Shown: piece after piece, positions 1 through 30,205 of the stretch
Numbering within the stretch: the first letter of the stretch is position 1
Layout of the letters: every line of letters begins with the position of its first letter
Source of the DNA: Podarcis muralis
Lineage: Eukaryota
NCBI RefSeq assembly: GCF_964188315.1
Contig: NC_135667.1
Span: forward strand, 21,080,001-21,144,000
Direction: 5' to 3'
DNA length: 64,000 nt
The notes under the pieces: model-generated
Database searches by the model: none
What the model saw: only the letters and a program-made list of their open reading frames with translations
Told to the model about the DNA's origin: nothing
Made by a program: the position numbers and the translations under genes

Positions 1-1602
<1,602 letters not shown>

Positions 1603-1671
1603 GAACATCTCCCTGCTACCAGTTGAGACTTCCTCCCTAACATTCCTGGTGCGGACATTTTACCTGTGTTC

Positions 1672-1677
1672 AATAAA
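1672..1677 (+). terminator. Poly(A) signal, SULT gene 1
   Basis: AATAAA about 70 bp after the stop; an equivalent signal follows gene 2 (9824-9829). Confidence 0.7.
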
Positions 1678-3463
1678 ACAAGGAAGGAACCAAAAGGAAG
1701 GAACAAGTTGACACTATGGGGTTCTACCCTTTGTTATTTCTGCCCTCAGTACACCCTCTGAATTTCATGCACACAACTAAGTCAGGTCCACTGACTTCAG
1801 TAGGCCTACTCTGAGTAGAAGCTGGAAATAACCTGTTAGATTGAACCTTCTTTCATCTGATTCAGTTTTCTTTGCTTCCTTTAAAGTGGGGGGTTTGGGG
1901 GGAGGCTGCTTTGCCAAGCCCTGTAAGGTGGGATCAGCTGTCTTGGCTCCTTTCTTTCTCCCTTCCATGGCAATTGACCAGGAAGGGATAAAGAAAGGTG
2001 TGTTTTTCAGTCAGTCATAAGTTTATTATTCTAGCCAAGTTCATAGCAATATTATACAGAACATACATCCATGATATAAACCAACAACCATGGTGTAAAA
2101 AAAAAAAAAGGGGGGGGGAGAAGACTGGATAAATGCTAGGCATGAAATGACTGAAATGGCCTCATAGACCGAGCAGTGATATAAAAGAAATGCTGCATAG
2201 CAAATATATGACCACCCAGCTTTTTATGAGCAATGCCCCAAATCTTGATGTTTTCCAGAAAATTGCCACGGAACCTAGATCCTACCTGATACATTTCTAC
2301 AATTACTAACAACACACAATAACACCTAGGCTGGTTTGAGGTAGTCAGGAAGTACATTTCAAGGGCAAAAAAATATGCAATAGATCTATATTACGTGTGC
2401 AGTATGTAGAAAACCAAGTACTGTACGCAAGCCTCAACTGATGCTAGGACAAAATGTCAAGTTGCTACAATCTATCTTGGGGGATTATGGGATGCAGTCC
2501 TTGGATCTTCTATTCACTGAACTGTATTGTGTAATTGTGTAAATGTATATGTATGTGTTTTATATGTTAATAAAATTAAAATTAAAAATTAAAAAAGAAC
2601 TGTATTAACTCCTAAAAATGTGTGTTTCTGTAGCAAAACAGGAACCAAGGTCCCTTGCTGTAATATGAGTCGCTAAAGGGCCCTGCCCCCTAGAGAAAAA
2701 GCTGGAGTATATTACCAGGGGGTCGCATGGCCTCTCTGCAGGGATACTCGCTATAGAGGGTTAAAGAACATTGGGTGGAAAATCAGGCCCTGGGGCAGTA
2801 GATGCAACACGATATCCTCACATATGAACAGCCGCACACACATTAGATCACCACACTATTACGAAATCTAAACTGTAACCTCAGAAAAGTACTGGCAGAG
2901 TGCCCGCAACTCGCACGCCAGGAAGTTCAGTCAGGGACTTTGCTCTGTCCGAAAAACCCTCTCCAGCTGCGCAGAGAGCAAGAGAGAGGCGGAAAGGAGG
3001 AAGAGGCTGCTCACAAGAAGCTGCTTCACAGGAGTGAAACTGTCAGGTGGGCATCTCATTTGGCTTCCTTCAGATAGATGGCACAAGAGAGCAGTAGGCA
3101 AACATGTGGCTGCCTGCCAACGGCCACGGCTGTCTTGGGAGGAAAGCACAAGGATCTTATACGCTAAGAGCAGTCTCGTTCGCCAGTGGTACCGCCTGTG
3201 CCCACGAGAGAGGTATCTGTAAGCTTCAGGGAACCTCCAACAGTCCAGTAAGGTCTGAGCAGGCTCAGTGGCAGCAAAGCACTGGCTGCCTTCAAGGTGG
3301 GAAGGATAAAAAAGGAGGAGGAGGAGGAGGAGGAGGGGAAGGGAAACTGGGACGGTGTATCCAGGGAAAGGGGGGTGACCCTGAAGATGGGGAGGCCACT
3401 CTGCAACATTTTGATGCAGGTTCGACTTATCTCATATTATTTCTTTTCATGCTCCACCAGGTG

Positions 3464-9754
<6,291 letters not shown>

Positions 9755-9823
9755 GAACATCCTTCTGCTACCCATTGATATTTTCTCCGTAACATTCCTG
9801 GAGTGGACATTTTGTCTGATTTC

Positions 9824-9829
9824 AATAAA
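9824..9829 (+). terminator. Poly(A) signal, SULT gene 2
   Basis: AATAAA about 70 bp after TAA at 9754. Confidence 0.7.
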
Positions 9830-11021
9830 ATAAGCACTGAAACCAAATGGAAGGACCAAAGTGAATTTTGTTTGTGTACATCTGAAACTATGAGATTAGT
9901 TCTATGCAAAGTAGAGTCATTTAAATGGATAGCCATGGCTATATTATGTCCAATGGTTTCAAACAGACTTATGCTGAATTCATTTTAATTGGCCACAACC
10001 CATGATCATTTTATTTGTCTCCTTAAAAGAGGGCTGATTCAAACACACTTTTGCCAAGCCCTCTAGGACAGGATCTGTAGCTGATGCTCTTTTATTTTTC
10101 TCCTTTCAATGCCACTTGACCAGGAAGGGAGAACGAAAGCTGAATTTTGCAAGCAAATTCAACAGCGATGTTTCTCTTGTATTCTCCCACCCCTATAAAA
10201 ATCAAAATAGGATGGGGACTGAAAAGGGAATTGCCCTGCAAAAGCCTTTGTGAGTCTCCCCACTTTTAATTCCTCAATCTCAAACCAAGAGGCTGTGTTG
10301 GGGTTTTCAACAACAGCTGCTATCCACAATGGCTCTGCTCTGCAGCCACAGTCAGAGGTAGCAGTGCTTTTGACTACCAGTTCTGGAAAGCGCAGGAAGG
10401 GAGAGGGCTCTTGGGCTCAGATCCTGCTGGCTGGTTTCCCATAGGCATCTGGTTGGCCACTGTGAGAACAGGATGCTGGATTAGATGGGCCATTGGCCTG
10501 ATCCAGCAGGCCCTTCTTACGCTCAGTAGCTGAATTGGTAGCTGGTGTAATTCTGGGGCTAGAAGGTAATCATTGGAATTTTTCCCAGCAGAACAGGATA
10601 ATGGTGGTGCCTGTTGGGAATTCCATTCCACCCTTTGCTGCAGATATGTGGATTGTTACATGTCACATGTCTGTTTACATTCCAGCACAGATTGCTGGCG
10701 TGAGCGGAAGATCAGAGGGTATCACAACAGCCAGCTGATTTAGGCATTTTAAGGTAGTGGCGTGGGGTTGGAATCAGTGTTCTCCGTTTGCAGATGTCGT
10801 AGGGTATCACCACTCAAGCCCACATTAACCTCCACAAAATATATGGCCATGGTGAAATCTGCACAGCAAGGCCAGGCAGCAGCAGACGAAACCGAGCCCT
10901 GGAGGACAAGAAACCGGAGGCAAGAGAAATACCTCACCAAAAAACACAGGCATTCTAGCCAGACCTGACTAGAACAAGCAGTACAGACAAACAGTATAGT
11001 ACAGACAAACAGTACAGTATA

Positions 11022-11252
11022 CAGTGGTACCTCGGGTTACATACGCTTCAGGTTACATACTCTTCAGGTTGCAGACTCCACTAACGCAGAAATAGTACCT
11101 CAGGTTAAGAACTTTGCTTCAGGATGAGAACAGAAATCGTGCTCCGGCGGCGGGAGGCCCCATTAGCTAAAGTGGTGCTTCAGGTTAAGAACAGTTTCAG
11201 GTTAAGAGCGGACCTCCGGAACGAATTAAGTACTTAACCCGAGATACCACCG
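11022..11252. mobile_element. Tc1/mariner-type MITE
   Basis: TA|CAGTGGTACCTCGGGTTA ... TAACCCGAGATACCACCG|TA terminal inverted repeats with TA duplication. Confidence 0.85.
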
Positions 11253-13499
11253 TACAGGCAAACAGCAGTACAGGGGAACAAAAAGGCGCTTTCTGGTAAC
11301 TGGAGAAGAGTGGGAAGTTGGTAGGCGATTGCACCATTTTTATTTCCTTGCCAGCAAGTAGTGCCAGAGGGGCAGCGGAATTGAGCTCATAATTCCTTAT
11401 TTTCAGCATTTATGCCTAGCCCTTTAGCCTCAAAAGGCTTAGAGAGCAACTTACAAAAATCATTTCTAAGACCAGGGGTGCCAACTTGGACAAAATATGA
11501 GGGGTGTGTGTGTTTAAGTCCTGCTTCACATAATCATTCACAAGATGTGTCATACACACACTATTTGAATGGCAACGGCTATCCATTGGGAGGTGGGTGG
11601 GGTGGAGCTGGCCTCCTCAAATGTTTTATGGGGGGGGGGGTGAAGGGAACTTGGCTGCCAGGAGTCGGCTCCTATGTCTAAGACCACCCCTCTGCCCTCA
11701 GGCTCACAAAGACATGGCATAAGAGGAAAAATGAATGAGAGGAGGGAGCAGGGAGTAAGCTCAAGTTTCAACCCATTTCAATGTCTGTTTTGGCTCTCTT
11801 TACCTGGGATCATGAGCAGTTCCTCCTCTGAAGCACTGTTCCCACCCGCAGGTCAGATCCAGGAGCAGAGCTAGTGGCAACACCCAGGCCAGAAGGGCAA
11901 AGCCACATTCCTGCCACACTCGCACACAGAGAGCTGGCATATTGGCAGTTGGGCTCCTCACAGGAGAGGGCTTGGTGGAATTCCCTCCTCCCACATTGGT
12001 ATCAGTGGCAATCCTTGACGTCTTGCCCTCCCCACAAGCACTGTTCCCCTCAGTTCAGAGCCTCAGTTCAGAGCCAAGGGCAGAACTGGGGACAATGGCC
12101 CAGCCAGGAGGAAGGCCAGCTCCTGCCACAGAGTTCTTCCCACAGGCAACAGGAGCTCAAGTATTTTCTAAGTGGCCTCAAAGTGTCTTTTATCAGCTTT
12201 TGGGCCAATATGCCAGCTGTGACCATACCTGGATAGGGACAGCTGAGCTACAGTGCTCTGTGCTCAGGTAACCTCCTGCTTAGACAACAGCAATGTGTTG
12301 CACCTGGGGCTGCTGTTTAAAATGGTCTGGAAACTGCTGTTGAATCAAAACTAGAGCTGCAAGATTATTAGCTGGGAGTGGGGATTTTTAATCACATCCT
12401 GCCAGCACTTCCCAGTCTCAAGTCCTGGCCCAATTTAAAGTGCAGATTTTAACCCACAAAGCCCTACACAGCTTTTTTTTTTTTAATTTGTATTTATTTA
12501 TTACATTCATATCACACTTTTCCTTTAAGGAGCTCAAGGCAGTATATACATGGTCCTCCCCATTTTATCCTTACCACAGCCCTGTGGAGATCAGTTAGAC
12601 TGTAGTTTCCCAAACTTGGGTATCCAGCTGTTTTTGGACTACAACTCCCATCATCCCTAGCTGGCAGGACCAATGGCCAAGGATGATGGGAACTGTAGTC
12701 CAAAATAAATCTCTAGAAGGGCCCAACCTTTAAGGACTTAAATGATGCTGGGTGCAGGTCGGAGTTCTACAGGACAGTCTACAGGGTATCTAACAATCCG
12801 GGATAGCAGCGGGAAGCAGCGGGAAACGGCGCTGGAATAAGGGAATTTCCCGCAAAAAAAGGGAAGGTTGACAGCTATGTGTCTGCCCCCAAATCCTGCT
12901 CTGATTCCCCCTCCCCCCAACTTTAATCCACAAGGACACACTCCTATAGTCAACACTCTCCTAGAGTCATGGCTCTTGGCTGGATGCCTGGGCATGAGAA
13001 AAACAGCAATCAGAAGCACCTCCCTCCTCACCCCTCTGGACTCTGTCATATAAGCAGACACACCTCAGGCAGGTCCTGTACAGTGCAATTTCTTTCGGAG
13101 GCAGGAGAAGAGAGACAGGGGAAAGAAAGTAAAGAATGACCAAGGTTCGTAACTGGAGTAACGAGTGAAGCAAGTTTTCTTCTTCCAGGCTCAGTAAGTG
13201 GTGCTGAAGGAGAGCAGGTGCTGAAGGAGAGTGGGGATAAGCAGTAAAGTACGACACGATTTGGGGGGTAGCTAAACCCCATACATTAACAATGGTAAGA
13301 TTTTTGATTAGTTGAAGGGAAGTTTGCAGGCCAGTGGAAAAATACAGGCTAAGCTTCCTTTCCAAACCAGGACCTCACCTGGGATATTAGACATGACAAA
13401 AGGTGTTGATGGCCCACCTGAGAGGAATGCTTGGACCAGGACAGACAGAGGTTGCCATGGTGATGGGGTTTGTGTTTGAGGTGTCAGGAAAAGAGAGTA

Positions 13500-13714
13500 C
13501 AGTGGTACTTTGGGTTAAGAATGTAATTCGTTCTGGAGGTCCGTTCTTAACCTGAAACTGTTCTTAACCTGAGGTACCACTTTAGCTAATGGGGCCTCCC
13601 GCTGCCGCCGCGCGATTTCTGTTCCCATCCTGAAGCAAAGTTCTTAACCTGAGGTACTATTTCTGGGTTAATGGAGTCTGTAACCTGAAGCGTCTGTAAC
13701 CTGAGGTACCACTG
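13500..13714. mobile_element. Tc1/mariner-type MITE (same family)
   Basis: TA|CAGTGGTAC ... GAGGTACCACTG|TA. Confidence 0.85.
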
Positions 13715-13885
13715 TATTGAGAGCAAGGTGTCCTAGGAAGAAGAAGGGGGCGAAAATGGCTGGGATGCATCTCGGGCAAGCTGGCTGGAGTCTGGCTAGG
13801 AGAGATGCCTTTGATTCCAGGGCTGCTGTGGGGAACAAGCCCCTCTTGAAATGACCGCACTATATTATTCCTGTTGCTCCACTAG

Positions 13886-20813
<6,928 letters not shown>

Positions 20814-20868
20814 GCATCTCTCCATGCCTCACAGAGAGACTTCCAGTCTTTCGACTGAAGAGGAGCTG

Positions 20869-20874
20869 AATAAA
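20869..20874 (+). terminator. Poly(A) signal, SULT gene 3
   Basis: AATAAA 55 bp after the stop. Confidence 0.7.
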
Positions 20875-22057
20875 AGATCCATATTGATAAAGGGAAAATC
20901 TCTTTGTTATACAATACTACTGATTGAGGTGTTGTTTCTCAGACAGCTTTTAGGTTGTTGTTGTTGTTTTGCAATCAAGCAGTGTATAAATTTAATGAAA
21001 TAAATAATTAAACCAGCTCCACACCGACTGGAGTCCTTAAGCCATTCCTAATTCATGTCCAGCAAACGTGTGAACAGGGGTGGACCTTGGTAATATGCCA
21101 CCCTGTGCGAGGCCATTTGACACCCTCGCCGCAGCCCTCAAGGTGCCTGCTAGGACTTTGGGAAGGGGGCTTGAGGCTCTCATGGGGTCCTAGAGCCTTC
21201 CTACCCACTTCCCAACCCCCGTTAGTGTGTACACAAACAGAAACGAATCTGAAACTAACGAAACAGTGCTGATGTGGACAGCTTGGGGGTGGGGGAAGGA
21301 TCTGTGAAAAGCACTGATGAAGACAAGCACTGAGTTCTAAGGCAGCAATATGAACACAGCCTTTAAAATAGCAGGGGCTTTTCCTCATCAGATCTAAATT
21401 GAATAGGTCAAATGCCAGAGGATCACAAGGAAAGGGTTTGTTGGCACCTGTCCTCCACCATTCGCCATATCTACACGGTCCTATAAAGTCCTTTCCTCAC
21501 CAGCTGATGCTGGAAGTGAGTCTGGCTGGGGGAAGGCAGTGCTGAGGCAGGAGAGACTGATCACCGCCTCACCGCGTGGCATTTGGGTGTTTTAAATTGT
21601 ACCCCGCCTTGTTTTAGGACTTAAATGGGGCAGTTGCAAATGGGTCCCACATTTTCCCGCATAGTTTGTGCTTCAGAGGGTCTTTGTTTATGAAAAACAA
21701 ACGTATTTCTGTTGCATGCTCCTCTCTTCTCTGAGCAACGAAACATTTCCAAGGCAGCGCTGTGGGGTTTTTGCAGCGTCAACCGACTAACAATGGGTGA
21801 CCTGTCCTATTTCTCCCTCGTTGCCACCACCTGCTTATACGTCAGCCCTCCAGACAGCAATAATGTGGTGTCGCCAGGAAAGCATCACAGAACAACTCAC
21901 AAAGCAGAATAAGACCACCAGGAATGTACAATTGTTGCGTCAAGAACATGTCCACAATAAAACACCACGGGGTGGGCAGTAGCAAACGATATTTAAGTGT
22001 TGCTCTAAATTGAACAAAGGTTGAGCCTTTTCTATTGTGGCGTGTAGTGGGGCAAAG

Positions 22058-22460
22058 CAGTGGCATTGCATGGTTTGCTGGTGCCCAGGGCGCCTGCCAC
22101 GGGGGGGGGGGGGGAGGGGGCAGAGGGTGAACAGAACCCGCTGCACCAGCCCAGCTCTCACCACCAGAGTCAAGTGGGTCTATGCTGCACCACCGGCCCA
22201 CCCATGCAGGGGGGAGCCCAGCTAGCCGACACAACCCTTGGTGTGTGAATCCCGCCCCCCCCCCAGACACTGGCCAGGTAGCCATTCAGTGAGGGGGCAG
22301 GGGATGTGGTAGTGAGGCCAGGCTGGGCTTTGGGGTCCAGAGACCCCAGGCGGAAGGCAGGGCGGGACAGGGACCCCTGCATAGGGGTGCCTGGTTCATG
22401 CCCCCTCAAAACTGTATGCCTGGGGCTACGGCCCCCTGACCCCCTCACGCTGCGCCCCTG
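22058..22460. mobile_element. hAT-like MITE
   Basis: Imperfect TIRs cagtggcattgc / gctgcgcccctg, flanked by a ggcaaag duplication (7-8 bp). Confidence 0.55.
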
Positions 22461-22794
22461 GGCAAAGGTCAAACTATCAGGCAGGACACCTGGATTCTCT
22501 GTAAGAAAATATGGTTTACAGGCAGTATTAGAAACTGAGATATGAAAGCTAGGAGCTAAATGGCACCTTAAACCTAGGTTATGGGCACAACAATGGAATG
22601 TCTAGGCACACTTTTTAAATAACAAGAATACAAAGCTGAAAATGAGTAGACTGCAGCTAAAATATTATGTTAATTTTTCACATGGTCTAGTCCTTCCCTC
22701 TGGGAGAGACAGCAGTTGGAGGGGGATACTGAGATGAGGCCACTGGCTGACTATTACGCACTCTCTATGCCTCTTCTGACCACCCTCATGCCAG

Positions 22795-23100
22795 GGACTA
22801 CTTGATTTCAGGAAATGGTAGACTTGATAGGACAAGGAAGAGATCTACATAAATGTGCTCAGATGCCCTTCACAGAGACGTGTCTTCCAAAATCCATCCC
22901 TTGGGTGAATAATAGGTATCGATTCAATTATATAATGGGTGAGAGTTTGAGTGTGTGAAAGGCTTCTTAGCACCAGGTTGGATGTTCACCCTCTGGAGTT
23001 GCAGTTGTGGAACAAGTGGAGGCGATGTCCTTTTCCTGCATGCTCAAATATCACCTCCAGGTCCATCTCCTGCCCCATTCCTTCCAGAGAGCCACGACTT
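22795..23100 (+). pseudogene. SULT1 relic: degenerate coding exons 2 and 3
   Basis: ccag|GG ACT ACT TGA TTT CAG GAA ATG GTA.. reads GTT*FQEMVDLI..HKCAQMP (22795-22904, 110 bp vs 129 bp). gcag|..VEQVEAMSFSCMLKYHLQVHLLPHSF starts at 23005 and matches VEQADLMPSPRILKSHLPVQLLPASF. Confidence 0.85.
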
Positions 23101-23724
23101 GAGCCAGGGAAGTACTAATTTGTAAACGTTTGTTATCTAGACCTGCAGGATGCCTTGCCCTGAACTGAGTACAGTAACTGCAGATCAAAGGTTGAAGGCC
23201 CTTCCCTTGGTATGAAGGAATATGGTAGGACAAAGCTTATCCTGGGCTGTTCAGGAAACACCTGGGTTTGCTACCTGTGTACACATGCTAAGGGGTTAAA
23301 TTAGCTAGGGTGGAGACTGAGGTTCCATACCAGTGCCTTTGATAAAGTATCATGGGACAGAGAGAGAGAGAGGGAGTTATCTCACACAATTTTAGCCAAC
23401 TAGGGGAATTACTGCCAATTTAGGGGAAGGTCCTGGCTGGATGCCCAGCCAAAGCATACAGGAGACTTCAACTGAGGAAGCACACACCCTGCTCTCTCAA
23501 CTTGCAATTCCTGGGTCAGGAACTAACTTCAGGAAACAAGAGGAAGACAGAAGAAAGGAGAGAAGTGCAGCTGTCCGAAAAGAGAGGAGAGCTGGTAGGT
23601 GGCCATGAAGTTTTACTCCCCTACTCCCCTACAAAAGGAAGTAAAGGAAGCAGCACCAGCTCTTTGGGGGGACGGGGACAAGGAGTGGGTCATATTTGAC
23701 TACAATATCTTTTGCTTCCAGGTG

Positions 23725-27599
<3,875 letters not shown>

Positions 27600-27732
27600 A
27601 CGCACCTCTATCCCCACATCAGGATTTTCACAACAACAGGCCTGGAGTGCTGACTTGACCTGCATTCAGTACCATACAGGACTGAAGCCGCAAGCAAGGC
27701 CTACCTAAAATGAATTTTGTGGGAATGGTTCC

Positions 27733-27979
27733 TGTTATGTACTGAAGTTCTCACCCTGGGCCAGCAGGGGGATACTGTAGATAGTTATGCAAATAAGGGA
27801 TCGAAAGTGACGTTCAGTGATTGGATAGTTTTAGAAAATTGTTACAGTTACATTGTACTGGAGCTCTATATAAGCAGGCTGACTGAACCCTTCAGTTCAG
27901 TTCTGTCCTGGCCTGTGAATAAACAAGAGCTGTTTGAAGAATCGCTGTGTCGTCTGATATGTTCACCCACAACTTAACA
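27733..27979 (+). mobile_element. Solo LTR (247 bp)
   Basis: TGTTATGT...AACTTAACA ends, 5-bp TSD gttcc, internal TATA-like tatataa and AATAAA at 27918. Confidence 0.85.
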
Positions 27980-28033
27980 GTTCCTGTTCCATTTTAGAAT
28001 TTGTGGCTGTCCTTTGTTTGCTTTTGCAAAGTA

Positions 28034-28039
28034 AATAAA
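28034..28039 (+). terminator. Probable native poly(A) signal, SULT gene 4
   Basis: First AATAAA after the stop that lies outside the LTR. Confidence 0.5.
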
Positions 28040-29096
28040 CAAACAGGTTTGCTCTGTTGCCATGCTTGCTTTTCTCCATGTTCAGAGAATAAGCCCTTAC
28101 AGAACACAAATAACCCCTCCTCTGAAAGTGCTATTTGCATTGGCCACAAATCCTCATTTCCAAAAGAAGAGACTATAGGCTGGAGTTCTGGCTGTTCTGC
28201 TTGCCTTAGGGCAGGGATGGGGAACCTCTGCCCCCCCCAATGTTGCTGAACTACAACTCCCATCATCCTTCACCATTGGCAATGCTGTCTAGGGTTGGTA
28301 GGAATAGGAGTCCAACAACATATGGAGGCCCAGAGTCTGTTTCTCTGCACTTTAACCCTCTAAATGGCAAGACGGTCTGTTGCTGAAGGATAAGGCCATG
28401 ATGGAGAAAGGTGGGCAACGTTTCCTACTTCCTTGCGTTTTTTGACAAGCATTGCCTCCTGTTTTCTCTGGCAGTCTTCAAGCAGAAAATCCACATTTCT
28501 CAAGAGGCAGAGCCCATTTGGCTCCCTTCCATGTATGTAATATGTAACCAGACTTACATAAAATTTAGGAGTACCTGTTAAGAGTTGGAGATACGACTCC
28601 ACCCATGAACTTTGGATTGCTTAGGAAATGGTCCCACTCGTCTTTTTGAGCGCCTGGCAGACAACAGTCATGTTGGGGGCAAAAAAGGGTAGGGTGCCCT
28701 GGACTTGAAGGGTGCATTCAGATGGGGCAGTGTGAGTTTTCCTGCATACAGTATAATGCTAGAACCTCTGCCCCATTTTCTGACAGTCCTGAACTGTGAC
28801 ATTTGACCAATATATTGGAACGCTGAACTAAATTTTACTCACTCCAGTAGGTGTGGCACAACAGCAAACACCCATAAAAAATATTGGAGCGGTTTACAAC
28901 AATTGCACATAAAACCATGTGCTAAAAACCATATAAAAGGTTAAAATCTGCCTTGCCAACACCTGAAGATTTCCCTACAATGCCTCTTTCTATATATAAA
29001 TTGACGGTTCAACAGCACACCTAGTAGTATGTTAGTACAGCAAAGGTTCCTTGTTGAGGGTTTTAGTTACATAATCCTATGTTGAGGGGAGGTAAA

Positions 29097-29322
29097 GGTA
29101 AAGGGACCCCAGACCGTTAGGTCCAGTCGCGGATGACTCTGGGGTTGCGGCGTTCGTCTCGTTTTATTGGCAAGGGAGCCAACGTACCAGCATGTGACCA
29201 GCATGACTAAGCCGCTTCTGGCAAACCAGAGCAGTGCACGTAAATGCTGTTTACCTTTCCGCCAGAGCAGTACCTATTTATCTACTTCCACTGCGTGCTT
29301 TTGAACTCCTAGGTTGGCTGGA
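29097..29322 (-). mobile_element. 5'-truncated Sauria SINE
   Basis: 18-bp TSD atgttgaggggaggtaaa at 29079-29096 and 29323-29340. Confidence 0.85.
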
Positions 29323-29529
29323 ATGTTGAGGGGAGGTAAACCCATGAAAATCAATGAACTTTTAGCCTTGCTTAAATCTGCATAGGATTGGAATGTGAAA
29401 GGCGATTCAACTGGTGTAGCGCTCCCTACATCTGTATGTCGGGGAGAGCTGCACCACACGGATCTATGCTATTCCTTCAGCCTTTAAAAAGTAGCCCCAC
29501 CACACTAAATATGTTTTGGGGATGGAGGA

Positions 29530-29772
29530 TGTTATGTATTGAAGTTCTCACACTGGCCACCAGGAGTATCATGTACATAGTTTTCACTCAGGTCTATGTC
29601 AGTTACTTTAGGCGGGAAACCCTGGGTTGTTGTTGCTACAATGTTGATAGCCGGCTGCCTATAAAAGCAGGCCGGCTGAGCTGTTTGTTGTTCAGTTCTG
29701 TTCCAGCTTACAAATAAAGAGGTGCTTGGAGAAATCGCTACGTCGTCTGCTCTGTCTACCCACAACTTAACA
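29530..29772 (+). mobile_element. Solo LTR (243 bp), same family as 27733-27979
   Basis: TGTTATGTATTGAAGTTCTCAC...CCCACAACTTAACA, 5-bp TSD gagga, internal cctataaaag and AATAAA. Confidence 0.85.
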
Positions 29773-29939
29773 GAGGACATCATTTTTAAGCAAGCAAAAG
29801 GGAACATCTGTCCCTGCCTGGTCCGAGCTTTCCACGTTCGCGTCTATTTCCACCGATATTGCCTCTTACACCGAGGTTCTTGCCACCCGCAATCGGGAAC
29901 CAGAAGTTTATGCAAACAACCATCACGACTGAACCCCCT

Positions 29940-30205
29940 TTGGGTTTCGCTTCTCGTTTGATAGGCGCCTCAGACCGCGTTGCCCCATGGGAACTGTAGT
30001 GCCGCTGCGTACACCTGAGTCTACTTAAGAAAGCGGCAACGTCTACGCGGCTTGACTACCTGCTGGGCGCGATGCCTTATGGGAAAGACAAGCCCCTCTT
30101 CCCCCACGTGCGCGCAGTGCCTTTCGGGAGCTGTAGTTTCCTTGCTTCCGCTCCGCTTCCCAGGCTTCCTTGCCGTTTCCGTTGGCTCCTCGCTCTCCGG
30201 TAGCC
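29940..30205 (+). promoter_or_regulatory. CpG-island promoter of the NTPase gene
   Basis: CpG-dense. Two ZNF143/THAP11-type motifs on the - strand (GGGAACTGTAGT 29989-30000, GGGAGCTGTAGT 30126-30137), ETS-like CTTCCG, and a good Kozak context gccATG. Confidence 0.7.

Noticed and set aside
13040-13200. TATA-like tataag and donor CTCA|GTAAGT as the possible first exon of SULT gene 3; similar tataaa at 21482
   Set aside because: Plausible but not distinguishable from chance without transcript data.
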